A stretch of DNA of 63,919 nt, counting the filler, from Octopus bimaculoides (taxonomy: Eukaryota): NCBI RefSeq assembly GCF_001194135.2. It is 5 parts of 4 records of this genome, joined end to end, with 100 filler letters (N's around TTAATTAATTAA, not from the genome) between each part and the next. Parts side by side here need not be neighbours in the genome. Positions count along the whole stretch, not along the records: positions 1 to 29,755 come from NC_068981.1; positions 29,856 to 42,071 come from NC_069006.1; 3 more parts are not named here. The stretch is one strand, 5' to 3'. This document shows, one piece after another, positions 25,301 to 37,150 of the stretch. Position 1 is the first letter of the stretch. Each line of letters opens with the position of its first letter. The notes under the pieces are model-generated. The model was not told where the DNA came from, made no database searches, and saw nothing but the letters and a program-made list of their open reading frames with translations. The translations under genes were made by a program, and so were the position numbers.

Positions 25301-26029
25301 CGAAATCTATAAACAACTATATTTATCATTACTTGGTGTCTTGATTCCTAATCATTGCCATAATAGATTATATGACAAAGAGGAACAATTTCAACTAACG
25401 CATTGAAATGCTGTAGTGGTTATCAGTTAGTGCACAAATTCTATGAAATATCTCATGAAATATTTGCATGAAATATTTCCGTTGCAGGTCAATCATTAGA
25501 CTGAAATTGAAAGTAACCCTTAGCCTATTGGCTTAACTTTGGGTTCTGTTTTTCAATTTTTTATTGAATATTATCGGCACAATTGCTGTAGTGTTTAATG
25601 CTATAACACATTTAATTTTAACAAACCGCATATATATACATATTCCTTTATTCTCTTTTACTTTTCCAGCTTCGGTAATGCTGGAGCAGCATCAAATACA
25701 TATATATATATATATATANNNNNNNNNNNNNNNNNNNNNNNNNNNNNNNNNNNNNNNNNNNNNNNNNNNNNNNNNNNNNNNNNNNNNNNNNNNNNNNNNN
25801 NNNNNNNNNNNNNNNNNNNNNNNNNNNNNNNNNNNNNNNNNTTAAGAGCGAGCACATGTGTTTGAAAAGGCTTAACGAAAGCGCTCACACACTGAAAAAA
25901 ATCTTCTTCCCCAAAAAGTTTCGTAATATCCTAATAAAAGATTTCATACCATTTAAGTGTATATATATATATATATAGGTGAGAAAGTTGGTATGTGAAA
26001 GCACGTGGTTGGATGTATAAAAGATAATA

Positions 26030-26361
26030 AGAGTGAAAAAACTACAGAAGGCTTGTGTTACATGGTTAAAGTATATATTTAAATTATGTCAGAAAAATCT
26101 TAGAAAAATGTTATATATATCTATGGAAAAAAGTAAAGGTAGAAAATGCTAAATTAATTTTATAAAAACATTTCGGTATCGGTTTCAGTCATTGAGAATG
26201 TTTCAAGTGTAAGTATGGAAAACAATTAAATTTTGGAAAAATTAAATGAAAAGTACTTTAAAAGTATATTTGCATAGTATTCAAATATAAGGGTCATTTT
26301 CCTTGCTTCGGCCTGTCTCTGCCTCTCTTGTTTATTCTTGTGGGTTCGAGGTCGTTGTGAA

Positions 26362-26392
<31 letters not shown>

Positions 26393-26990
26393 AAGAAGAA
26401 GAAGAAGAAGAAAATAATGCGGGAGTACTATGATAGTAGTAAGATGTTAAATGGTCAAGTGCCCTGAAAGTGACGTGTTGTGGATGGTAGTAGTGATTGA
26501 ATTTTTGAGATCTGTCTTTTGAATGTATTGTTTATAATATTTGCGTAGGTGTTATTCTAAACAGCAGTAGTAGTAAAGTAAGGAAGGAGGTGGCGGAGAG
26601 GAAGAATACGAAGAAGAAGGAGACAGAATAATAAAAGAATGCAGGATGCTAGGATAGTAGTAGGATGTTAAATTGCTAAGTGACCTAGAAGTGGCTCGTG
26701 GATTATAGCAGTGATTGGGACTGTTTTTAATGAATTCTTGGGTGTTTCTTTTGAATGTATCATTTTTAATATTTCTGTGTGCGCTTATTCTAAGGTCGTG
26801 GTGAATATATCATTTGTTGTGGATGCGTTCAAAAGGGGTCTGTATTTTGTAATAAAGAGGGATTCTTTACTAATTCGTTGGCTACAGGTTGTATCGCCCC
26901 TGAATTGATAGACTGGAAAAATTCTGAAGCTTGGATTTTTGTTATTGGCGCAAATGTCGATGTGTTGCCTGAATGCTAGTTTTCTGTTTT
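26030..26990 (-). mobile_element. Penelope-like element 3' portion
   Basis: HIDICANNK..FRIFPVYQFRGDTTCSQRISKESLFITKYRPLLN at ~26815-26960 (GIY-YIG C-terminus), followed by an imperfect ~150-bp duplication and (AAG)n. Confidence 0.65.
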
Positions 26991-27729
26991 TTTTTTTTTA
27001 ATTTTGAGCTGGGATCTGTGTATCTAACGTCGAAATTGCAATAGGGAATTAACCAACTATTTTCAATTTGTGGATTCTAATTGTCATGTCACCCGCAGAC
27101 AAGCTTTTATAGTGAAGCGAAATAATGAGTGATTTAAATGGCTTTATAGCGGTATTGACTGCTATTTCTAGACATGTAAGGTTTATTGAAACCTTTTTAT
27201 TTATAATTGTGACTTGTCCATAATTATAAACATTCTTCTTATATATATATATATATATATGAATTAGTGTACGCTTTTATGCACAAATGAGGTGACATTT
27301 AACAGGACACTTTACATGCTGGAAGGGGCAGTTAAAACTCTCATCGGATAAAGTAGGAGGGCAAACATTACGTGCGAATTAGTACTATAACATTTTTTTC
27401 TGGTCCACGTATTTAGGGTGTGGTACTAACTCCAAGAAAAATTACTGTTCATGAATTATCTTTTTTTAAATTTAAAATATTCATATTTCTCTGCTGAAAC
27501 ACATCTTTAACGCGTCTGTAGCATGTGTCATATATGTTTTAACAACAAAATATTTATATCTATACCAATACGTATATTCGTGTTTCCAGGAATTATCCTT
27601 TATACATAGAGACTATATACAAGAGTGTTTTCTTATTTCTACGTTTGTATCTCGGTGAAAGGTGGTATTGTTGCCTGTATTTCGTGTAGAAACAGAGATT
27701 ACACATAAAAGGCGATGCTGAAAAGTGTC

Positions 27730-27960
27730 TAGCTTTGGGCAAAAGAAAATACAAGAGGGTCAGTTAATTATTATTTCATTCAACATATTTCCCTCTCAGA
27801 TTCACACATTTATTGCATCGATTTTTCAGTTTTTCGTAGCCCTTGAAAGAACTGGGAAAGTTGGGCTTCCAGCCAGGCATTTTGCGATACACTCAAAGCC
27901 AGGAAATGTTCAGCTTTCCCTCGTATGAGAATGGAACTTTTCGAAAACTTGTTGTTAACA
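27730..27960 (-). mobile_element. Mariner-derived end fragment
   Basis: ATTCAACATATTTCCCTCTCAGATTCACACATTTATTGCA...; homologous to 41340-41575 and 41697-41815; minus strand resembles the mariner C-terminus. Confidence 0.7.
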
Positions 27961-28290
27961 TTTACCTGCTTCTTATTCCGTATTCATTTCAATGAATGTC
28001 TTATTAATGTAGCAGACATATAAGGTTTTGTTACATTGAAGAAAATATTTTATAATCGCAAAGTATGTGTTATGCCGCAAATGTGGCCCGATAGGTCAAC
28101 TCTTGGTGACTACATTCTATTAGGTTTATAATTTTCTTTGTGAGAGGAAACTTGGTAGCGCAAACCTGAAGAAATTTCGAATAATATTTCTCGAGATAAT
28201 GTGGTTTACGCATATAATAATTATTCACAATCGATTGAAATAATTTTGTGAATAACGCATATGACAAAAGAAACGGAACTTCATTAAGCG

Positions 28291-28344
28291 TCATTACTTA
28301 TGACACAACGAAGAGTCATTACTTATGACACAACGAAGAGTCAT
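28291..28344. repeat. 25-bp perfect tandem duplication
   Basis: TCATTACTTATGACACAACGAAGAG x2. Confidence 0.95.
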
Positions 28345-28461
28345 AGCTAATTCCGTATAATTTAGTGACAGTTGTATTTTCCTCACCGGTGTTAAAGTGC
28401 AGATGCAAATATTTAATATGAAAATAACCTAATTAGTTTGGCCTAATACTAGCAATAATGC

Positions 28462-28825
28462 TTATTACCTCCGCCTTAGCGAAGGCGGAGTTATTGTTTT
28501 CAATCGTGTTTGTCTGTTTGTTTGTCTGTGGACAAGATATCTCAAGAACCACTGGATGGGTTCGGATAAAACTTTCAGGGATGTTTGGCCTCGTAACTTG
28601 CACGAATTCATTAGATTTTCGGATCGATCCGGTACCAGACAAGGATTCAGGATTATTTTTTTTTCTTTTACTTTGTTTTTGAGAGCTGTCGGCTTTATTT
28701 TTAGTATTCTCGTTTGTGAGAGCAGTCGAGCTAATTTCCAATATTCTCATTTTAAAAATCTTTGGCTAATAGTTGAGAGAATGTCGGTGTTGCCTCAGCG
28801 GAGATTTTCGCTCTCTCGTTTAAGT
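28462..28825 (+). mobile_element. Helentron-associated non-autonomous element (HINE/DINE-1-like)
   Basis: TTATTACCTCCGCCTTAGCGAAGGCGGAG hairpin, (GTTT/GTCT)n, homologous to 15950-16520. Confidence 0.75.
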
Positions 28826-28959
28826 CACTGAGTCATATCAATGCCCATTAGGAATCTGCTAATGAGAATTTAAGCTAATTAGAAATGCGATTTGCATGAT
28901 TTACATGTTTTGCATGTATTTTGAGAATAACATTTAAACACTAATTGTGTTCCTAATTG

Positions 28960-29052
28960 ATGTACGCATGCATACATAGATGCATACCTTCATTTATACA
29001 CATACATACATTATACATACATAATACATACATACATGCATGCATGCATGGA

Positions 29053-29086
<34 letters not shown>

Positions 29087-29090
29087 GATG
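28960..29090. repeat. (TACA)n-type microsatellite
   Basis: Direct inspection. Confidence 0.85.
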
Positions 29091-29686
29091 CATATAAAAA
29101 TCGCATATAAAAATCGAAGAAATTTTATCCTTGGAATTAAAAAACTATAGCTAAAATATTCTGATAAATGTTTAGTTTGCTTGCATTTTTATGAGTTGCA
29201 ATAGTATTGATTCGGTTTTAATGTTTGATGAGATAAATCAGAACGTTAATCATACCAATTCATGAACTAACTGTTTGAACCCCAACCGCACAAATTCCTT
29301 TCAACACAAACGACGTATATTAGAAAATCTGTGAAATATGGAATGTAGGTAGATTATAATTTACAATGTGTTGAGTTTCGAACGAAAACATATTTTCTAT
29401 TAAACGATGTTTCTGTATTAAATATTATTCATGAAGCCGTCAACAAATACATACATTTGAGCTATATTCCTGGTTGTGTTTGTTTTTCATAGAAATTGAT
29501 ATTAATTTAAACCTCTTTGGCTGAAGAGAAAGGAGTACTTATCTCCGGAAGTCTCTTCAACAAGCCAAGGAAATATCAGGATAATATTTCTTATTTTCTG
29601 TGTGCGATGAGTGTAAGATATATTTACAACCGTCTACTTTACTTAATGAATGCATGAAGGCATTCCAAACTGTAGTTTTAGTTAAT

Positions 29687-29755
<69 letters not shown>

Positions 29756-29855
29756 NNNNNNNNNNNNNNNNNNNNNNNNNNNNNNNNNNNNNNNNNNNNT
29801 TAATTAATTAANNNNNNNNNNNNNNNNNNNNNNNNNNNNNNNNNNNNNNNNNNNN
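29756..29855. other. Artificial scaffold spacer 44N-TTAATTAATTAA-44N
   Basis: Exactly 100 bp; the 12-mer gives stops in all six frames; identical structure occurs four times. Confidence 0.97.
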
Positions 29856-30009
29856 GAAGGAGACAGACAGACAAGGGTGGGTGGGTGATGCATGAGGCAA
29901 GGTGGGGGTGATTAGGAAAGGGAGAAACAATTTATTCGGACAAATAGCTTTTAACTTATTTCCTTCGTTTTCTGCAATTACATTATTAGGCCGAGATTAA
30001 GGCTGCTTA

Positions 30010-30011
<2 letters not shown>

Positions 30012-30046
<35 letters not shown>

Positions 30047-30458
30047 GCACACATATACACACATATTCATATGCATAATAATAACACAGATACAAACACA
30101 TACACTAACAAAGTGCATACTCTTACATACAAACGCATCAATATATATATATACGTACATATACGGATATATACATATATACATACACACACACATATAT
30201 ATAGATAGATATATATATAGAGAGAGAGGAAGGGAGAGACAGATATAGATAGATACGTATATATATGTATGTATAAATAAACAAACACACTCATACACAT
30301 ATAAACACATATATATGCAAATATTTATATACAATGTATATATACATATATGTGTGTATATGTATATATATGTGTGTATATGTAGATATGCGTGTGTGTG
30401 GTGTATGCATTTTAGTCTATACTATACACATTTTATACATACATGTGCGTCTGTCTAG

Positions 30459-30493
<35 letters not shown>

Positions 30494-30686
30494 AATGTAT
30501 ATATGCACCTACGTACGTAGGTGAGTGCGTGCGTAGGAGATGTACTTTCTCCAAGGAATTTGTTTGTTTCCCAGGAATATAATAAATAAGCCAGATGTTT
30601 CGTTTTGTTCCAAGACTATGTCTTGGTTATTGGACCAAAGATTTCGTGTGTGTGCCAGCGCGTTTGTGTGCCAGCGCGTGCGTGTG

Positions 30687-30725
<39 letters not shown>

Positions 30726-30808
30726 GTGTGTAGGGGGAGCATGTTAATGTACTTGCTTTCAGTGAAAAGATAACATACATGCGTACATGTGTCTGTGTAT
30801 ATATATAT
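30012..30808. repeat. Compound (CA)/(TA)/(GT) microsatellite field
   Basis: Direct inspection. Confidence 0.9.
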
Positions 30809-31442
30809 NNNNNNNNNNNNNNNNNNNNNNNNNNNNNNNNNNNNNNNNNNNNNNNNNNNNNNNNNNNNNNNNNNNNNNNNNNNNNNNNNNNNNNNNNNNN
30901 NNNNNNNNNNNNNNNNNNNNNNNNNNNNNNNNNNNNNNNNNNNNNNNNNNNNNNNNNNNNNNNNNNNNNNNNNNNNNNNNNNNNNNNNNNNNNNNNNNNN
31001 NNNNNNNNNNNNNNNNNNNNNNNNNNNNNNNNNNNNNNNNNNNNNNNNNNNNNNNNNNNNNNNNNNNNNNNNNNNNNNNNNNNNNNNNNNNNNNNNNNNN
31101 NNNNNNNNNNNNNNNNNNNNNNNNNNNNNNNNNNNNNNNNNNNNNNNNNNNNNNNNNNNNNNNNNNNNNNNNNNNNNNNNNNNNNNNNNNNNNNNNNNNN
31201 NNNNNNNNNNNNNNNNNNNNNNNNNNNNNNNNNNNNNNNNNNNNNNNNNNNNNNNNNNNNNNNNNNNNNNNNNNNNNNNNNNNNNNNNNNNNNNNNNNNN
31301 NNNNNNNNNNNNNNNNNNNNNNNNNNNNNNNNNNNNNNNNNNNNNNNNNNNNNNNNNNNNNNNNNNNNNNNNNNNNNNNNNNNNNNNNNNNNNNNNNNNN
31401 NNNNNNNNNNNNNNNNNNNNNNNNNNNNNNNNNNNNNNNNNN

Positions 31443-31627
31443 TACATGTTGTTGCTGTTGTTGTCATTGTTTTTGTTGTATGTTTTGTTATTTTAATTGT
31501 CGCTGTTGTTCTTGTATATGTGGTTGCTACTGCTGTGAAGTTCTGTTCTTCGTATGTTGTGGTGTTGTTTTGGTAACGATTAAAGTCTGCTTGTTTCTCC
31601 TCTTTCTCTTGCTGCTGCTGCTGCTGC

Positions 31628-31661
<34 letters not shown>

Positions 31662-31710
31662 GCTGCTGTCGTTGCTGCTGACAATGTTGCTGACAAGAAA
31701 AAGAGAACGA

Positions 31711-31742
<32 letters not shown>

Positions 31743-31930
31743 AAAAAACACATCTCCAGACACAAATGCATAAACACAAATGAACGAAAAAGAAAGAAAG
31801 TACAAGTGGACAAAATAAAGAAAGAAAGAAAGAACAAATGAAAGAACGAAAGAAAGAAAATGAAAGAACGAAGGGACGAAAGAAAAAGAAAGAAAGAAAG
31901 AACGAAAGAAAGAAAGAAATTAAGAAAGAA
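31443..31930. repeat. (GTT)n/(GCT)n and (GAAA)n simple repeats
   Basis: Direct inspection. Confidence 0.9.
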
Positions 31931-32139
31931 AATGGCTGTGTACATATTTATTGAGCACATTAAGACGTATGCTAGACTCGTGTTAGGAATAACAAAAGGT
32001 TACACATTGCTGTGATACATTGTTCGTTGGAATGGCTTTGATATTTATAAGAGCGAAGACTTTGGGAAAATCCGTCCAGCCGGGACAACATTGAGATTGA
32101 TGGTGCTTTGTTTGGAAATGAAAGACAGAATAACGATGA

Positions 32140-32795
32140 GCACACACACACACACACACACACATATATGGACGCAAACATAAACACACACACACACACA
32201 TACACACACACACACGCACACATATATATATATGCACGCAAACACAAACACAGACGCATACATACACATGTACACAATCACAACACAAGCACAGACACAG
32301 ACACACACACAAACACACACACACACACACACATACACATGCATACATATGTACACAGTCACAACACAAGCACAGACACATACACACATGCATATACACA
32401 CATATGTACACAATCATAACATAAACACATACATATATATATATATATATACAGTCGTGGACGGACACATGTGTGCCCACGAGCGCATACACATACAGAC
32501 ACATATACACTTACATGCATATACACATGCATACAAACACAAGTACAGGTACATATACACACATACATACACGTATACACATACACATACATACACACAG
32601 ATATACATGCAGACAAACACATGCACATACAGACACATACAGACACATACATTCATACGTACATATATACACACATACGCACAAACACACAGACATGTGC
32701 ATACACGCACATGCACACATAGAGACGCATACACACATATACATACACATAGAGACGCATACACACATATACATACACATACGCAGACATGGACA

Positions 32796-32834
<39 letters not shown>

Positions 32835-32990
32835 ATACATATATTCACACACATACACATGTGCACACTTATAAACACACATACGCAGACGTATTCAGAC
32901 ACTCACATATACATACACATGCACACACATACACATATACACGTACGCATACACAAACACACACATACACATAAACACAAACACAAAACA

Positions 32991-33028
<38 letters not shown>

Positions 33029-33208
33029 CATGCATACCCATAAACTCACATATACACATACACACACATGCATACACAAACGATACTCACCCGCACAGAT
33101 GCACACACAAACACATACACACGTACGCATGCACTCTGAAACAAATATACACACATGCAAACACACATCTACAAACACAGAGGCATGGACACAAGCTCTC
33201 TCTGTCTC

Positions 33209-33241
<33 letters not shown>

Positions 33242-33305
33242 GTCTCTTTCTCACATACACACACATACACCACACATACACATACACACGCACAAACATA
33301 AACAA
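32140..33305. repeat. ~1.15-kb degenerate (CA)-rich compound repeat
   Basis: Direct inspection; source of the spurious H/T and C/V-rich ORFs. Confidence 0.9.
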
Positions 33306-33419
33306 ACAAACAAACGAGTTGGAATCTGGTTTCAGGCGGAAAGTATGTTATTATTCTGCAATATGTTAGAAGTAGACACACAGCATATTGGTCTCGAGAA
33401 AGAAAGAAAGAAACAAAGA

Positions 33420-33560
33420 AACAAAGAAAGAAGAAGAAGAAGAAGAAGAAGAAGAAGAAGAAGAAGAAGAAGAAGAAGAAGAAGAAGAAGGTGGTGGTGG
33501 CGGCGGTTTGAGTAAAATTGGTGATTACGATGACGACAACGACGATGATGATTAACAAGC

Positions 33561-33592
<32 letters not shown>

Positions 33593-33620
33593 CGGCGAAG
33601 TTGACGATGATGATGATGAA
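33420..33620. repeat. (GAA)n, (GGT)n, (GAT)n compound triplets
   Basis: Direct inspection. Confidence 0.9.
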
Positions 33621-33777
33621 GTGCAGGAAGAGGATGCTTTTGTTGTTTAGATCCGTATCAGCCCTGATCGAACTACGATTAATGATTAATATTCCAGACG
33701 TGATCAACTCGTCCTTTTTTTTTTTCTTTTCAGGCATAAAATTCCTCTGATTACATTATCGAATGTTTCTTTAATAA

Positions 33778-33971
33778 TCTTTTCTTCTCTAGGCACATGG
33801 CCCGAAACTTTTGGGAAGGGGTCTAGTCGATTAGATCGACTCCAGTACGCAACTGGTACTTAATTTATCGACCCTGAAAAGATGAAAGGCAAAGTCGACC
33901 TCGGCAGAATTTGAACTCAGAACGCAAAGACAAACGAAATAGCGCTAAGCATTTCACCCGGCGTGCTAACG
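33778..33971 (-). mobile_element. SINE family B (tail type 1), head interrupted
   Basis: Reverse complement of the family B body; stops at CGTGCTAACG, where a second copy begins. Confidence 0.85.
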
Positions 33972-34103
33972 TTTCTTATTTCTTTATTGCCCACAAGGGG
34001 CTAAACATAGAGGGGACAAATAAGGACAGACAAAGGGATTAAGTCGATTACATCGACCTCAGTGCGTAACTGGTACTTAATTTATCGACCCCGAAAGGAT
34101 GAA
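33972..34103 (-). mobile_element. SINE family B (tail type 2), truncated by gap
   Basis: Same body as other B copies but tail TTAATCCCTTTGTCTGTCCTTATTTGTCCCCTCTATGTTTAGCCCCTTGTGGGCAATAAAGAAATAAG, also at 62837-62912. Confidence 0.85.
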
Positions 34104-34506
34104 NNNNNNNNNNNNNNNNNNNNNNNNNNNNNNNNNNNNNNNNNNNNNNNNNNNNNNNNNNNNNNNNNNNNNNNNNNNNNNNNNNNNNNNNNNNNNNNNN
34201 NNNNNNNNNNNNNNNNNNNNNNNNNNNNNNNNNNNNNNNNNNNNNNNNNNNNNNNNNNNNNNNNNNNNNNNNNNNNNNNNNNNNNNNNNNNNNNNNNNNN
34301 NNNNNNNNNNNNNNNNNNNNNNNNNNNNNNNCATTTTACCTGTCCTGTGTATCGCATATGATACACAGAACATATTTTCCTGGCGTCTTTGCATCTGATA
34401 TAACACATACTCCCAATTTTTATTTTTTATTCAGCCACCAACGGAACTTGGAACTTATGAAAAGAAAGCTTTATATTACTCAGAATGTATAAAACAAGGA
34501 CTAGGG

Positions 34507-34589
34507 CAGCGTTCCCAACCTGGGGTCCGCGGACCCCTTGTGGTCCGCAAAAGTAGAACTGGGGGTCCGTGAACTAAATTCAAAATTTC

Positions 34590-34640
<51 letters not shown>

Positions 34641-34730
34641 CATAAGGATAAGCATATTAAAAGGGGCTCGTATTAAAACTCGTTTAAATGAGAGGGTTGG
34701 GAACCATTGTGAAAAGGTTGGGAGCCACTG
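34507..34730. mobile_element. hAT-superfamily MITE (224 bp)
   Basis: TIRs CAGCGTTCCCAACC / GGTTGGGAGCCACTG; perfect 8-bp TSD GACTAGGG at 34499-34506 and 34731-34738. Confidence 0.9.
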
Positions 34731-34741
34731 GACTAGGGTAA

Positions 34742-34870
34742 AGAGTAAAGACCCACTTCGGTCACGAATGACCATGGGATTGCTGCGTCAAGAAAGTTTC
34801 CCTTTCTGGCACAAATCTGGGCAAGGTTGTTTTATGGAAGACCAGCTGTCGCCCATGCACACCACCCTCC
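34742..34870 (-). mobile_element. Retroelement-derived fragment (family uncertain)
   Basis: Complex GC-richer segment resembling a SINE/LINE tail; no second copy in the window. Confidence 0.3.
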
Positions 34871-35590
34871 CCTTTCCATCTTTGTCTTTGCTGTATTTTG
34901 CCCTGTTTTGCCCCAAATACTTTATTTTGTCCTCCGTTACTTTACTTAGCCGTCCATTACTTGTTTTAACCCATTTTCGCCTTTGCTTTGTTTTGCCTTC
35001 TTTTGCCCAATCCGAACACTACATCTTGCTCTCCGATACGCTACTTTGCCCATCTTTGCCCATCTTTGCCCTTGCTGTATTTAACCTTACTTTGCCCAAC
35101 CATACCTTTATTTCCCTTCCATTGATTTACTTTCCCGTTCTTTACTTTTGGTGTGTTTTGCCTTCTTTTGCCCAATCCGAACACTACATCTTGCTCTCCG
35201 ATACGCTACTTTGCCCATCTTTGCCCTTGCTGTGTTTAACCTTGCTTAGCCCAACCATACCTTTATTTGCCTTCCATTGATTTACTATCCCGTTCTTTAC
35301 TTTTGCCGTGTTTTGCCCAACCCGTCTTTCTTTCATTTGCTCTTCATTTCCCTAACTGTGCTTTGTGCTGTCCTACCTTATTTTAATTTTTCTTGATTGG
35401 TCTTAACCTGCTGCCATTCTCTGTTCATTTCTTTTGCTTTACTTTGCGTTCACTTTCCTTCCTTTCCAATTCCAGTCTTTTTTTTTTGCTCTGCTTTACC
35501 TCGCTCTACTCCATGTTGCCTTGTCCTTCTCCATTACGTCTTGCCTTCCTCTTTCCGTTGCTCTGTTTGTTTTACTCTCTACGTTACGAT
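34870..35590. repeat. Pyrimidine-rich (TTTGC/C)-based repeat with a ~165-bp higher-order duplication
   Basis: GTTTTGCCTTCTTTTGCCCAATCCGAACACTACATCTTGCTCTCCGATACGCTAC at ~34990 and ~35154. Confidence 0.85.
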
Positions 35591-36077
35591 ATAATCGTTG
35601 CTAGCGAAGATGAATGAAAGTACATCGTGTTGAATGACTGAATCAATGAATGAATCGATGAATCAATAAGACTACATGCATTTGATGGTGGGATGGTGAA
35701 TGGTAAATGGTGAATGGTGAATGGTGAATAGTTTAGCTGGGAAGCAACCGATACGACGCGGCGCCTTTGTTCGTTAAACGTAGTCTGCTTGTATCCACGT
35801 GATAGTACACGTCTGCTCAGACACATACATGCACAGAAGTGCGACAACAGTTGAGAATTCGGCACGAGAACACACGCTCTCTTATGCACACGAACATGTA
35901 AATATACGCATGCAAACATACACACTCTCTCTTTTTCTCTCTCCTCTCTCTCTCTTTCTCTCTCTCTCAAACACACACACACACACACACACACATTAAA
36001 TGTGACACAAGAAGACGATATATGTATATATATTTATTTATTTATATGTGGATGGTCTTTGCAAAATTATATCCCCA

Positions 36078-36290
36078 GGATGGCGAGCTGGCAGAATCGT
36101 TAGCATGCCGGGCGAAATGCTTCGCGGTATTTCGCCCGTCGCTACGTTCCGAGTTCAAATTCCGCCGAGGTCGACTTTGCCTTTCATCCTTTTGAGGTCG
36201 ATAAATAAAGTACCAGTTACATACTGGGGTCGATGTAATCGACTAGCCTCGTCCTCCGAAATTTCAGGTCTTGTACATTTAGTAGAAAGG

Positions 36291-36330
<40 letters not shown>
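36078..36330 (+). mobile_element. SINE family B, full length (tail type 1)
   Basis: Head GGATGGCGAGCTGGCAGAATCGTTAGC, B box, body, (ATT)n tail. Confidence 0.92.
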
Positions 36331-36331
<1 letters not shown>

Positions 36332-36455
36332 AGTGATTGTAGGCATCGCTGTATTTGGACCTATGATTTTAATAAACGCTAGCGATTTTAAGGAGAAAAT
36401 AGATCTGGAGACATTAACTGTTTTCTTCGATGGCTAGTTGACCAGNNNNNNNNNN

Positions 36456-36546
36456 CAGTCCCACTGCGTGATACTTTCGGCAAATATCTTCTACTTTAGC
36501 GTCGGGCCGACCAAATCCTTGTGAGTGGATTTGACAGACGGAAACT
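36456..36546 (+). mobile_element. SINE family A fragment
   Basis: AGTCCCACTGCGTG...GGGCCGACCAAATCCTTGTGAGTGGATTTG. Confidence 0.8.
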
Positions 36547-36557
36547 TTTATCTTTTA

Positions 36558-36640
36558 CTTGCTTCTCGTAATGGACTGCGGCCATGCTGGGGCCCCGCTT
36601 TGAAGGGTTTTTGTCGAACATATCGAACTTAATAATTGAT
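36558..36640 (-). mobile_element. SINE A/CR1-type 3' tail fragment
   Basis: GACTGCGGCCATGCTGGGGC matches 240-259 and, with two mismatches, 42206-42225. Confidence 0.7.
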
Positions 36641-36674
36641 TTTTCTTTTCTTTTCTTTCTTTTTTTTTTTTTTT

Positions 36675-36789
36675 GGCAGAGGTGTGGCTGTGTGGTTAAG
36701 AAGCTTGCTTTCTTACCATTCAGTCTAGGGTTCAGTCCCACTGCGCGGCAACTTGGGCAAGTGACTTCTATTATAACCCCAGATTGACC
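36675..36789 (+). mobile_element. SINE family A 5' fragment
   Basis: GGTGTGGCTGTGTGGTTAAGAAGCTTGCTT...GGGTTCAGTCCCACTGCG...CTTGGGCAAGTGACTTCTA. Confidence 0.8.
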
Positions 36790-36799
36790 GTGTCTATCT

Positions 36800-37150
36800 T
36801 TTCTTGCGGCCCGAATGCAAGAGGCCGAGTTGGAGTTCTTTCAAAGGATCACTCGGGTAATGTTACTTGATGGATTCCCAAACGTGACCAACTAAGACAA
36901 AGTTGTCTTGGCTTGAAGAATCTCTTGTGATTCTTTCCTGAGACATTCCAATCACATGTCCATTGTACAAGAGCTGTGACCTCTCAATGCGGAGAAGAAG
37001 CTGCTCGGCCTAGAGAGACTCCTTGATCTCCGAGCTATGCACCTTGTCTAGTAATGTTACTCCACACATTATTCGGAGTTGTACGAATGACTCTATTTTG
37101 TCTGCCTGTATTCGCCATCGTACTCTTTCGATCATTATCCAACATTCATT
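36800..37150 (-). mobile_element. RTE-clade (Expander/Rex3-like) LINE 3' fragment
   Basis: ECWIMIERVRWRIQA...LRIMCGVTLLDKVHSSEIKESL*AEQLLLRIERSQL..GHV. Confidence 0.8.

Noticed and set aside
30509-31779. Long ORFs including a poly-Q stretch
   Set aside because: Mostly Ns and simple repeats; no evidence of a real exon.
31965-32125. NIEIDGALFG resembling the Merlin/IS1016 VEIDES motif
   Set aside because: Too short and degenerate; no TIRs or second motif.
32232-33515. 427-aa His/Thr-rich ORF and overlapping Cys/Val-rich ORFs
   Set aside because: Direct translation of (CA)n/(TG)n repeats; no domain content.
34624-35280. 218-aa Leu/Phe/Pro-rich ORF that looks membrane-like
   Set aside because: Arises from the pyrimidine-rich tandem repeat and starts inside a MITE microsatellite.
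35855-35868. GAATTCGGCACGAG, identical to a common cDNA-library EcoRI adapter junction
   Set aside because: Single 14-mer with no vector or poly-A context and ordinary genomic flanks; treated as coincidence unless reads show chimerism.
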